A DNA stretch of 64,000 nucleotides from an uncultured delta proteobacterium (GCA_963808235.1 CAWEEQ010000004.1:2912001-2976000); one strand, 5' to 3'; shown: positions 51,010 through 60,508, counted from the first letter of the stretch. Translations and numbers: made by a program. Notes: a model not told the origin generated them from the sequence alone.

Positions 51010-51285
51010 ATGAATCTGCGCCACGCAACTGCGCTCGCGCTTGTGGGCTGGTATCTGATCGTGCCTTCCAAAGAGGAGAAACCACCATACTGGGCGGGCA
51101 CGGGCGAGATGTTTATGGACCAACGAGACTGTGAGAAGGCGGCGGCTCGCTTACGGCAAGACGCCTACGGCCAGTCGGCTGTAGATCATGCCCAATCAGA
51201 TCAAGACGCTTTAGAGCAGGCGCTCACTATTTGGCAAATGGAGAATGCCGCGTGTTCCGACGATCCGCGCCTCAAAGGAAATTAA
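51010..51285 (+). CDS. Small exported two-Cys protein, RHxxALAxVGWYL family, copy 3
   Basis: RHATALALVGWYLIVP...W...F....DCE...CSDDPRLKGN. Confidence 0.75.
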   Translation: MNLRHATALALVGWYLIVPSKEEKPPYWAGTGEMFMDQRDCEKAAARLRQDAYGQSAVDHAQSDQDALEQALTIWQMENAACSDDPRLKGN

Positions 51286-51337
51286 GACACTCGCGTTTTC
51301 AAATTCAGACACTCAACCCCAAATTAAGACAGCACCC
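51279..51337 (+). repeat. Three stacked AAATT(A/C)AGACA(C/G) motifs, resembling IS1-like terminal repeats
   Basis: AAATTAAGACACT at 51279, TTCAAATTCAGACACT at 51298, CAAATTAAGACAGCACCC at 51320. Confidence 0.7.
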
Positions 51338-51352
51338 TTGGGTTTTACTCGC

Positions 51353-51382
51353 TTGACTGTGCTCTCTGCGCGCGCTTAGAAT
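51353..51382 (+). promoter_or_regulatory. Putative leu leader promoter
   Basis: TTGACT-N18-TAGAAT, 9 nt before the leader ATG. Confidence 0.6.
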
Positions 51383-51391
51383 CCATACACT

Positions 51392-51475
51392 ATGTTTTGC
51401 AACCTGCTACCGGAGCTGCTGCTTAGCCTGGCCCTTACAAGGGCCCACGCCAGGCGCGCGTCCGGACAGGTCTGA
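51392..51475 (+). CDS. leuL: Leucine-rich attenuator leader peptide
   Basis: MFCNLLPELLLSLALTRAHARRASGQV*: 7 Leu within codons 5-15, upstream of a terminator and leuA. Confidence 0.75.
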   Translation: MFCNLLPELLLSLALTRAHARRASGQV

Positions 51476-51498
51476 CAAGCCTGATTAAACTGAGACAC

Positions 51499-51548
51499 AC
51501 GCCCCGGGCAGTGGGCCGATTGGAAGCCGCCCGGGGCGTTTTCTTTTT
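51499..51548 (+). terminator. Attenuator terminator hairpin upstream of leuA
   Basis: ACGCCCCGGGC / GCCCGGGGCGT 11-bp stem followed by TTTCTTTTT. Confidence 0.8.
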
Positions 51549-51608
51549 CCGCTCGGGCACTTTCGTCGGCTGGCTTGACCGAGGGCCGCGAAACGAGAGG
51601 TACTGATA

Positions 51609-53195
51609 ATGGCAACCGCAATGGCGAACGCAGAATCGCACCAGAACAATCGCAAGGACGATTACGTCCGAATCTTCGACACCACGCTCCGCGACGGCGA
51701 GCAGTCGCCCGGATGCACGATGAACGTCGAAGAGAAGATCGCTCTCGCCCGCCAGCTCGAACGCCTGAACGTCGATATCATCGAGGCCGGCTTCGCCGCG
51801 TCTTCTCCCGGTGACTTCGAATCGGTGCATCAGGTCGCGCAGGCGGTTAGCGAACCGATCGTGCTGAGCCTCTCGCGCACTCGCGAGGAGGACGTCGATA
51901 GCGCTTTGCGCGCGGTCGACAAGGCGGCGCATCCGGGGATCCACATCTTCATCGCGACCTCGGAAATCCACTTGAAATACAAGCTCAACATGAATCGAGA
52001 GGACGTGCTCGATGCCGCCACCTGGGCGGTCACGCGCGCCAAGAAGCATCTCGACTACATCGAGTTCTCCTGCGAAGACGCCTCGCGATCCGACTGGGAT
52101 TATATGGTTGACGTTTGCAGCGAAGTAATTCGCGCTGGCGCAACCGTAATCAATCTGCCTGATACCACCGGCCATTCGATTCCGGAAGAATTCGGCCGCA
52201 TGTTCGCGTACATGCAGAAAAAAGTTCCCGGCGCCGACAAAGTCATCTGGAGCGCGCATTGCCACAACGATCTCGGCCTCGCGGTTGCCAATTCGCTGGC
52301 TGCGGTTCGCAATGGCGCGCGCCAGATCGAATGCACGGTAAATGGAATCGGTGAGCGCGCGGGCAACTGTTCGCTGGAAGAAGTCGTGATGGCCATGAAG
52401 ACTCGTTACGACCTGATGGGCGTGCAGTCACGCATCAACACGACGCAGATCTACCCGGCCTCGCGCCTCCTGTCGCAGGTGATCGGACAGCCGGTGCCCG
52501 CCAACAAGCCGATCGTCGGCGACAATGCGTTCGCGCACGAGGCCGGAATCCATCAGGACGGCGTGCTGAAGTACAAGCTCAATTACGAAATCATGAAACC
52601 CGAAGACATCGGGATTCCTTCGAACAAACTCGTGATGGGCAAGCATTCGGGGCGCCACGCGTTCGTGAATCGGCTGAAGGAACTCGGCGTCGATACCGAA
52701 GGCCTCGACGTCAACAAGGCGTTCGCCGAGTTCAAAACGCTCTGCGACAAAAAGAAAATCGTCTACGACGACGACATCCTGGCGCTGATCACCGAGGAAG
52801 CGCGCCGCACTGTCGATCACTTCGAGCTGGTCGATCTGAAAGTCGCCTCGTCGAGCAGCGCGACGCCGCATGCCGAAGTCACGATGCGCGTCGAAGGAAA
52901 AGAGTGCTCGGCGGACGGCGACGGCGACGGGATGGTCGATGCGTGCTACAAGGCGATCTACAAAATCGCCGGAATCAATCCGGCGCTCGAGCGCTATGCG
53001 GTCAAGGCGATCACCGGCGGCACTGACGCGCTCGGCGAAGTGAGCTGCATGATTCGCGAGAACGGCGTGACCGTGGCCGGACAGGGAGCGCATAGTGACA
53101 TCGTGATGGCGAGCGCGCTCGCGCTGGTCAACGCGCTCAACCGGCTGAAGGCGCGCAAGGTCGTACCCTTGAAGCCGACTACCGATGTTCCGTGA
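51609..53195 (+). CDS. leuA: 2-isopropylmalate synthase
   Basis: FDTTLRDGEQ, HCHNDLG, GIGERAGN, HEAGIHQDG, C-terminal regulatory domain. Confidence 0.97.
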   Translation: MATAMANAESHQNNRKDDYVRIFDTTLRDGEQSPGCTMNVEEKIALARQLERLNVDIIEAGFAASSPGDFESVHQVAQAVSEPIVLSLSRTREEDVDSALRAVDKAAHPGIHIFIATSEIHLKYKLNMNREDVLDAATWAVTRAKKHLDYIEFSCEDASRSDWDYMVDVCSEVIRAGATVINLPDTTGHSIPEEFGRMFAYMQKKVPGADKVIWSAHCHNDLGLAVANSLAAVRNGARQIECTVNGIGERAGNCSLEEVVMAMKTRYDLMGVQSRINTTQIYPASRLLSQVIGQPVPANKPIVGDNAFAHEAGIHQDGVLKYKLNYEIMKPEDIGIPSNKLVMGKHSGRHAFVNRLKELGVDTEGLDVNKAFAEFKTLCDKKKIVYDDDILALITEEARRTVDHFELVDLKVASSSSATPHAEVTMRVEGKECSADGDGDGMVDACYKAIYKIAGINPALERYAVKAITGGTDALGEVSCMIRENGVTVAGQGAHSDIVMASALALVNALNRLKARKVVPLKPTTDVP

Positions 53196-53472
53196 ACCGG
53201 TATTCCATGCAATGATCGATGGGGCTTGCCGCGAAATCTCAACTGGGCTAAGTGCTTGGTAGGCTTGAGTTTGAATTTGAATTGGCTCTTCACTTTGCGC
53301 CACTGGCGACTTGATGCGGACCTCGCCGCCCAGGCGGGGTTTGCCTCAACGTCAACCCATCGACTCACTCAACTATCTTCGCGACTAATCGTCGAGGCGA
53401 TTCACTGACGGGTTGAACTGCTCACCACGTTCTTCCCGACTGCTCACGTGAGGCGCCGCCGCGCGCTTTGGC

Positions 53473-54582
53473 ATGGCCTACAAAATTCTAGTTCTCAAAG
53501 GTGACGGCATCGGCCCAGAGGTCGTCGGCGAGGCTCTGCAGATTCTCAAGATCATCGCGCGGCTCTCCGCGGTCGATCTGGAGTTCAAGGAAGGCATGAT
53601 CGGCGGTCATGCGCTCGACACCGCGGGCACGCCGCTGCCCGACGAAGTCGTCAAACACGCGCAGGATAGCGATGCGATTCTGCTCGGCGCCGTCGGCGGA
53701 CCCAAGTGGGACAATCCCAACGCCGAGCAACGGCCCGAGCAGGCGCTGCTCGGACTGCGCAAACTGCTCGGCCTGTTCGCGAACGTGCGCCCGGTCAAAA
53801 CCGTCAAAGAAGTGATGGCGGCATCGCCGCTCAAAGCCGAAGTGCTGAACGGCGTCGACGTGGTTATCATTCGCGAGCTGACCGGCGGCATCTACTATGG
53901 CAAGCCGAGCGAAAAACGCGCGGGCAAGGACGGGCGGGAGGCGGTCGATACCTGCTTCTACACCGAAGCCGAGATCACCCGCGTGCTGAAGTTCGGTTTC
54001 GAGATGGCGCGCGATCGACGCAAGAAACTTACCTCCGTCGACAAGGCCAACGTGCTCGCGTCATCGCGGCTATGGCGCGAAATCGCAACCGAGCTGAGCG
54101 CGCAGTTCAAGGACGTCGCGTTCGAAAATCAACTGGTCGACTCCATGGCGATGCATCTGATCCGTCGCCCCAAGGACTTCGACGTCGTCGTCACGGAAAA
54201 TATGTTCGGCGACATTCTCACCGATGAAGCGTCGGTGCTGGCCGGCTCGATGGGCCTGCTGCCGTCGGCTTCGCTCGGCGAGGAACTCAACAGCGCCGGC
54301 TACCGGGTTGGATTGTACGAGCCGATTCATGGCAGCGCGCCGGATATAGCGGGCCGCGACGAAGCGAATCCGCTCGCGGCAATATTGTCGGCGGCGATGC
54401 TGCTGGAGCATTCGCTCGGCATGCGCTCCGAGGCGGAGCTTATCGCCAATGCGGTCGATTCGGTGCTGCGCGACGGCTATCGAACTCGCGACCTTCACGG
54501 CGGCGCCGGAACCCAGACCATCGGATGCAAGGCGATGGGCCGGCTGGTGCGCGAAAAGCTCGAAAGCACAGAGGGAGAATGA
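53473..54582 (+). CDS. leuB: 3-isopropylmalate dehydrogenase
   Basis: GDGIGPEV, RELTGGIY, NMFGDILTDEA, YEPIHGSAPDIAG. Confidence 0.97.
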   Translation: MAYKILVLKGDGIGPEVVGEALQILKIIARLSAVDLEFKEGMIGGHALDTAGTPLPDEVVKHAQDSDAILLGAVGGPKWDNPNAEQRPEQALLGLRKLLGLFANVRPVKTVKEVMAASPLKAEVLNGVDVVIIRELTGGIYYGKPSEKRAGKDGREAVDTCFYTEAEITRVLKFGFEMARDRRKKLTSVDKANVLASSRLWREIATELSAQFKDVAFENQLVDSMAMHLIRRPKDFDVVVTENMFGDILTDEASVLAGSMGLLPSASLGEELNSAGYRVGLYEPIHGSAPDIAGRDEANPLAAILSAAMLLEHSLGMRSEAELIANAVDSVLRDGYRTRDLHGGAGTQTIGCKAMGRLVREKLESTEGE

Positions 54583-55553
54583 GCATCTCGCGCGAGCCGA
54601 GAGTGGCGGTTGTGGGCGCCACCGGCGCGGTCGGGAACCAGCTTATCGAACTGATCGCGGCGCGCGGCTTCCAGTTGAGCGAGCTGAAACTGTTCGCGAC
54701 TGAATCGGGCGCGATGCAGACCCTCGACGCGGCCGGCGAGGAGCGCCTGGTAGAAGCGCTCGAAAATCCCGACGGTCTGCGCGAGTTCGACCTCGCTTTT
54801 CTCGCGATTCCCGCCCCGCGGGCCGCTGAAATTGTGGCCGCGCGGCCGGGGCCGCGATTGATCGATCTCAGCGGAGCGGGCCAGGCGCATCCAACTGTTC
54901 CGATGGTCGCGCCCGGACTAACTTCGCGCGAGGCCCTCGCGCGGTTACGCGACGCGATGGTCTTCACAACGCCGCATCCTATGGCGCACGTTCTCGCCAC
55001 CTGCCTCAAGGCGTTAGGCCCGACGACGGGCTTCGTCGCGGCCACCGCGATGCTTGGGGCGAGCGCCGGCGGCATGGACATGCTCACCGCTACCGTCGAT
55101 CAGACGACCGATCTGTTGAGCGCGCGGCTCGAACTCGACGACGAAGAGGTTCAGCGCGGCTTCAACGTGTTCGTGCGCGAGCACGAGCGCTCGGTAGCCG
55201 GCGCGATCGAGGCGCAAGTCTCGGCGCTGCTGGAAAATCCTCCAGTGCTGTCGGTGCAGGCCGTCGCGATCCCGGTGCTGCACGGCTCCGCGCTGACCAT
55301 CGACATCGAGACGACGGGCAACGGCCGCGACGCTCGCGAACTGTTGCGCGCTGCACCCGGCCTTCTGGTCGTCGAAGAAGGCGAACCGCTGGGAGTGATC
55401 GACGCGGTCGGCCAGGAAGCGATCATCGTCAGCGTCGAGACACGGCCCAAATCAATTTCATTGTGGTGCGTGTTCGACAACACCCGGCTGGCCGCTCTGG
55501 GCGCTCTCTGGATCGCGGAGGCGCTCGCGCCAACCTCGCCCACACTCGCCTGA
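54579..55553 (+). CDS. Aspartate-semialdehyde dehydrogenase-like (Usg-like) protein
   Basis: VAVVGATGAVG, IDLSG, FNV, PVLHG, LWCVFDN; the NPNC catalytic Cys motif is absent. Confidence 0.75.
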   Translation: MSISREPRVAVVGATGAVGNQLIELIAARGFQLSELKLFATESGAMQTLDAAGEERLVEALENPDGLREFDLAFLAIPAPRAAEIVAARPGPRLIDLSGAGQAHPTVPMVAPGLTSREALARLRDAMVFTTPHPMAHVLATCLKALGPTTGFVAATAMLGASAGGMDMLTATVDQTTDLLSARLELDDEEVQRGFNVFVREHERSVAGAIEAQVSALLENPPVLSVQAVAIPVLHGSALTIDIETTGNGRDARELLRAAPGLLVVEEGEPLGVIDAVGQEAIIVSVETRPKSISLWCVFDNTRLAALGALWIAEALAPTSPTLA

Positions 55554-55562
55554 ACCGGCCCG

Positions 55563-56294
55563 ATGGTTCTCAAGCTCACGCTCGAGTACGACGGCAGCAA
55601 CTATTCGGGATGGCAGCTTCAGCCGCGTCACGACTCAATTCAAGGTCGAATCGAAGCCGCGCTCGAGAAGATATTCGCGGCACCGGTACGAGTGTTTGGC
55701 GCAGGCCGCACCGACGCCGGAGTTCACGCCCGCGGGCAGGTCGCCTCGATGACGATTCCACGCCCCTTCGATCCGAACGAATTGCGTCGCGCGCTGAACG
55801 CGATGCTCCCGGCCGATATCGTCGTGCGCGATCTTGTCGCTGCGCCCGATAGTTTCGATCCGCGCCACGACGCGCGCTCGCGCGTGTACGAATATCGGGT
55901 GCTCAACCGCAAGGTCGCGTCCGCATTCGAATATCGTTACAGCTGGCTGGTCCGCGATGAGTTGGATCTTGCCGCTATGAACGAAAGCGCCCAGGTGTTT
56001 GTCGGCGAACATGATTTCGCCGCATTCCGCTCACTCGGCTCGGAAGTGAAGTCCACTGTCCGCCGCGTGATCGCGAGCGGATGGACGCGCGACGCGGATG
56101 TGCTCACTTACGTTATCGAAGCGAACAGTTTTCTGCGCCACATGGTGCGCGCGATGGTCGCGGCGATGGTCGATGCGGGACGCGGACGGCTCGACGCCGC
56201 TGAAATCGCAATCATTCTCGAAGGACGAGACCGTCACGCGGCGCCCGCCAACGCGCCTCCGGGCGGTCTCTACCTGGTCGAGGTGCGTTACTGA
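55563..56294 (+). CDS. truA: tRNA pseudouridine(38-40) synthase
   Basis: YDGSNYSGWQ, AGRTDAGVHARGQ, GEHDFAAF, FLRHMVR, GLYL. Confidence 0.95.
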   Translation: MVLKLTLEYDGSNYSGWQLQPRHDSIQGRIEAALEKIFAAPVRVFGAGRTDAGVHARGQVASMTIPRPFDPNELRRALNAMLPADIVVRDLVAAPDSFDPRHDARSRVYEYRVLNRKVASAFEYRYSWLVRDELDLAAMNESAQVFVGEHDFAAFRSLGSEVKSTVRRVIASGWTRDADVLTYVIEANSFLRHMVRAMVAAMVDAGRGRLDAAEIAIILEGRDRHAAPANAPPGGLYLVEVRY

Positions 56295-56534
56295 ATTCGA
56301 ACTTCGGTCAGATATTCACATTATCGAAGTCTGCTCCTGACGCGCGAATCGCGTCGGTCGGCTCCGAAAGAGCGCTTGAACCCCTTGGGGGCCAAGGCTC
56401 CGCGAGGTTGCCTGTGCAGAAATCATCACGATCCCTAGAAAAAGTAGCGATTTTTTGACCGCGCGCACTTGAAATTCGTGCGCCACTGGTTCACGCTCTC
56501 TGCAACCCGGAAACCGGGAACGCTAAGGAGGCGG

Positions 56535-56819
56535 ATGATGACGCAGTCGCAAGTGGCATCTTATATGGCCGAGAAAATCGGTCTCACCAAGAAGCAGGCC
56601 AAGACCGTGCTCGAAGAATTGAACGCGCTAGTCGTGCGCGAACTCAAGAAGGAAGGATCGCTGCGCCTGGCCGGGCTCGGCATCTTCCGCAAGCGCAAGA
56701 CCAAGGCGCGGATGGGTCGCAATCCGGCGACCGGACAGGAGATCAAGATACCGGCGCGCACTCGGCTTCGCTTCACGGCGGCCAAGGCGCTTAAGGACTC
56801 CGTCCTCGGCACGAAATAA
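56535..56819 (+). CDS. hup: HU family DNA-binding protein
   Basis: AAGGAGG RBS; GLGIF...ARMGRNPATGQEIKIPA...F.AAKALKD. Confidence 0.9.
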   Translation: MMTQSQVASYMAEKIGLTKKQAKTVLEELNALVVRELKKEGSLRLAGLGIFRKRKTKARMGRNPATGQEIKIPARTRLRFTAAKALKDSVLGTK

Positions 56820-56885
56820 CTGGCGCCCGACTTTAGTGACCCGCGGGAACGGACTATGTCCGTATCTCGCGGTTTGCTTTTTGCC

Positions 56886-58268
56886 TCAGTCTTTGCGATC
56901 GCGATCGACGCCCTTGCGGTGCGGCGCGGAGTTGCGTTTTTCTCGTTTTTCACGCGCCCGCGCGAGAAATTCGCGAATCCGGATTTCATATCCACGTTCG
57001 GAAGGCTCGTAGTAAATCTTCTCGCCAAGCTCGTCGGGCAGGTAGCTCTGCGCGACCAGCGCGTCTTCGAAGTCGTGCGGATACCGATAGTCCTTGCCGT
57101 AGCCGAGTCCTTTCATCATCGGGGTCGGCGCGTTGCGCAAATGAAGCGGCACCGGTAGCGCGCCGAGATTCTTCGCATCCTCGCCCGCCTGACGCATCGC
57201 GCGATACGACGCGTTGGACTTCGGCGCGCTCGCCAAGTACGTGACGCCCTGCGCTAACGGAATCACGCCTTCCGGCATCCCGACGAAATCCACCGCTTCC
57301 TTGACCGCGATCGCTACCTGCAAGGCGCGTGGGTCGGCGTTGCCAACATCTTCCGACGCGAAGATCACCATCCGGCGCGCGATGAACAGCGGATCCTCGC
57401 CGGCCTCGACCATCCGCATCATCCAGTAGATCGCCGCGTCGGGATCGCTGCCACGCATGCTCTTGATGAACGCCGAAATTACGTTGTAGTGCTCGTCGCC
57501 GGCGCGATCGTAGAGCAGCGCCTTCTGCTGCGCCGACTCGCGAATATGTTCGGGCGTGATCAGCGTCGCGCCCGCGTTCTGCGCGAACTCGGCTGCGATT
57601 TCCAGAGTGCCGAGCGCGCGGCGCGCATCGCCGCCGGCGTTTCGGATGATCTCGTCGATTGCGCCTACGCCGAGTTTGAGCCCGCTCGCGCCGAGACCAC
57701 GCTCGTTGTCGCTTAGCGCGCGATGCACCAGCGTCGAGATGTTTTCTTCCGAGAGCGGACGCAGCACCAGCAGGCGCATCCGCGAGAGCAGCGCCGAGAT
57801 CACTTCGAACGATGGATTCTCGGTGGTCGCGCCGATCAGCGTGATGAGTCCGCTCTCGACGTGGGGCAGAAAAGCGTCCTGCTGCGCGCGGTTCCATCGG
57901 TGGATTTCGTCGATGAAGACCACCGTGCGCTTGCCCGCGTCGAGATCGCGACGCGCGGCTTCGACCGCCTCGCGCAAGTCGGCAACGCCCGAGGTAACCG
58001 CCGCGAGCTTGCGGAAGACCGCGCCCGACTGTTCGGCCAGCACGATCGCGAGCGTAGTCTTGCCGGTGCCCGGCGGACCCCACAGGATCATCGAGTGCAG
58101 CACGTGCGCCGAGACCATCTGGCTGAGTATCTTGCCGGGCGCCAGCAGATGCTCCTGGCCAACGACCTCGTCGAGCGTACGCGGACGCATCCGATCCGCG
58201 AGCGGCTGGCTAAGCGGAGTGCGTGGTGGAAACAGGCTCTGCGAATGATCGCTTTTGCGCCGTGGCAT
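56886..58268 (-). CDS. rarA: Replication-associated recombination protein A (MgsA)
   Basis: PLADRMRP, WGPPGTGKTT, DEIHR, ATTENPSF, SAFIKSMRGSDPDAA. Confidence 0.95.
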   Translation of the reverse strand: MPRRKSDHSQSLFPPRTPLSQPLADRMRPRTLDEVVGQEHLLAPGKILSQMVSAHVLHSMILWGPPGTGKTTLAIVLAEQSGAVFRKLAAVTSGVADLREAVEAARRDLDAGKRTVVFIDEIHRWNRAQQDAFLPHVESGLITLIGATTENPSFEVISALLSRMRLLVLRPLSEENISTLVHRALSDNERGLGASGLKLGVGAIDEIIRNAGGDARRALGTLEIAAEFAQNAGATLITPEHIRESAQQKALLYDRAGDEHYNVISAFIKSMRGSDPDAAIYWMMRMVEAGEDPLFIARRMVIFASEDVGNADPRALQVAIAVKEAVDFVGMPEGVIPLAQGVTYLASAPKSNASYRAMRQAGEDAKNLGALPVPLHLRNAPTPMMKGLGYGKDYRYPHDFEDALVAQSYLPDELGEKIYYEPSERGYEIRIREFLARAREKREKRNSAPHRKGVDRDRKD

Positions 58269-58398
58269 CAAGCAAAAACGCTAGCACACGGCGTCGGCAG
58301 CATCTAAACCATGCTGCGCCCTTGCAAATTGGTGGCGTTGCGCGCGCGATAGCGGTGATCTAGCTTCAAGGCGGGCTGGACAGGAGCCGGCACCACCT

Positions 58399-59211
58399 AT
58401 GATCGTCGGAATCGATATCGGCGGTTCGACCACAGACGCCGTCATCCTCGAGAACGGCGGCTTGCACGTCGTCACTATCGAGGCCAACGACCCGGTCGCT
58501 GCGGCCGCCGGCGCGCTCGGAAAACTGGTCGCGGATTTCGGAATCAAGCTCGAAGATGTGGAACGCGTCGCCGCCACCGGCGCGGGTTCGCGGGTGCTGA
58601 CCGACTCGCTGCTCGGCAGGCCGGTGGTGAAAGTCAACGAGTTTACCGCGATCGGAATCGGCGGCACTTCGCTCGCCGGCAAGAAAAGCGCACTGGTCGT
58701 ATCGCTGGGCACCGGCACCGCGATCGTCTCGGTCACCGACGACAAAATCGCGCACTTCAGTGGCACCGGCGTGGGCGGCGGCACTCTGCTCGGACTCGCC
58801 AAGCACATGCTCGGCGTCTCGACGATCGAGCGGCTCGAGAAGCTCGCGCGCAAGGGCGATCTGCGGCGAATCGATCTGAGCGTCCGCGATATCGCAGGCG
58901 GCGCGATCGGCGATCTGCCGCCAAACACTACCGCCGCCAACTTCGGCAAGATCAGCGCCGACTCCACGCCCGAGGACAAGGCTCTCGCGATCATGAATAT
59001 GATCGTCGAGTCGATCGGCGTGCTCGCGCTCGCGAGTGCGCGGGCCTGCGGCCAGGAAAATATCGTTCTTACCGGCAAGCTGTCGCGCCTGTTCCGATTC
59101 ATGCAGGAGATGAAACGGCTCGACTTTCCATTCGGGCGCCGCTTCGTGATTCCCGAGCATGCGGATTTCGCAACCGCGATCGGCGCCGCGCGCCACGCGC
59201 GTCAGCAGTAG
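58399..59211 (+). CDS. Type II pantothenate kinase-like (CoaW/Fumble family)
   Basis: GIDIGGSTT, TGAG, VNEF, SLGTGT, GTGVGGGTLLGL, GD...IDL.V.DI, AANFGK. Confidence 0.8.
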   Translation: MIVGIDIGGSTTDAVILENGGLHVVTIEANDPVAAAAGALGKLVADFGIKLEDVERVAATGAGSRVLTDSLLGRPVVKVNEFTAIGIGGTSLAGKKSALVVSLGTGTAIVSVTDDKIAHFSGTGVGGGTLLGLAKHMLGVSTIERLEKLARKGDLRRIDLSVRDIAGGAIGDLPPNTTAANFGKISADSTPEDKALAIMNMIVESIGVLALASARACGQENIVLTGKLSRLFRFMQEMKRLDFPFGRRFVIPEHADFATAIGAARHARQQ

Positions 59212-59228
59212 CCCGCGCCCAATCCACA

Positions 59229-60489
59229 ATGCCATCAGAGTTGCTCAATGGACTTCGCCTCCTCGACCTGACTGACGAGAAAGGCGCGCTGGCGGGAAAA
59301 ATTTTCGCGGACCTCGGCGCTGAAGTTATCAAGGTCGAGCCGCCCGATGGATGCGCGACGCGGCGGATTCCGCCCTACCTCGACGACGTGCGCGACGCCG
59401 AGCATTGTCTTTATTCGCTCGCCTACCACGCCGGGAAAAAATCCATCACCGCAAATCTCGCGAGTCGCCGACGCCCGCGAACTCGTCGCCGGTCTCGCCG
59501 CCCGCTCCGACTTTATCGTCGAGTCGCATCCGGTCGGCTATCTCGAATCGATCGGACTCGGCTACGACGCTCTCGCGCGGAGAAGTCCGCGTCTCATCTA
59601 CACCTCGATCACGCCTTTTGGCGATACCGGTCCCGGCAAAAATTACAACTGGGCCGATATCGTGACCTGGGCTGCGGGCGGAATGATGTACCTGATGGGC
59701 GAGGAGGGGAAGCCGCCGCTCCAGATGAGCCTGCCGCAAGCCGGCCTGCACGCCGGTGCCGAGGCCGCCGTCGCGTCATTGCTCGCGCATTATCCGCGGC
59801 AGATCGACGGACTCGGCAATCGAATCGTCGTGAACATGCAAGCTTGTATCGTATGGACGCTGATGAACGAGCAGGCGATGCCGTTCCTGCACGGCAACCA
59901 TCTCTCGCGCACCGGCGTTTTCGTCGGCTCGGCCGACGCGCGCCGCAAGATGGTTTACGAGTGCAAGGACGGATTCATCTCGACGCTGATCGCCGGCGGC
60001 CCAACTGTCGGCGGCTCGACGCGCGCGCTTATCGGATGGATGGGCGAGCGCGGACCGGTGCCGGAGTGGATGCGAGTCAAAGATTGGCTTTCATGGGTGC
60101 CGGGAGTTTTCATGAAATTGACCGATCAGGACCACAAAGAAATCGCGGAACTTGAGAGCACCATCCAGAGTTTTTTTCTCACCATGAACAAACGTGAAAT
60201 TTATGCGGAGGGATTGAAGCGCCGAATTTTTCTCGCGCCGGTCGCGAACGCCGCCGATATCGCTGCTGACCAACAACTGAAATCCCGCGATTTCTGGGTC
60301 ACCGTGCCGCATGACACGCTCGGCCGCACGCTCACGTTTCCCGGTCCGTTCGCAAAAATGACCGCGACGCCGATCGGCGCGACCACTCGCGCGCCGCGAA
60401 TCGGCGAGCACAACGACGAAATCTATCGCGGGCTGCTCGGCCTCGCGCCCGATCGGATCGCATCGCTCCGCGCCGCGGGTGCAATCTAG
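59229..60489 (+). CDS. Family III CoA-transferase (CaiB/BaiF), apparent frameshift near 59467
   Basis: GKIFADLGAEVIKVEPPDG, GKKSIT, SITPFGDTGP, APRIGEHN. Confidence 0.85.
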
Positions 60490-60508
60490 CTGTCATGAGA
60501 ACTTTGCG

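Noticed and set aside
51488-51499. AAACTGAGACAC in the leu leader, resembling the IS1-end-like motif
   Set aside because: Too short to distinguish from chance, and it lies within a functional-looking attenuator.
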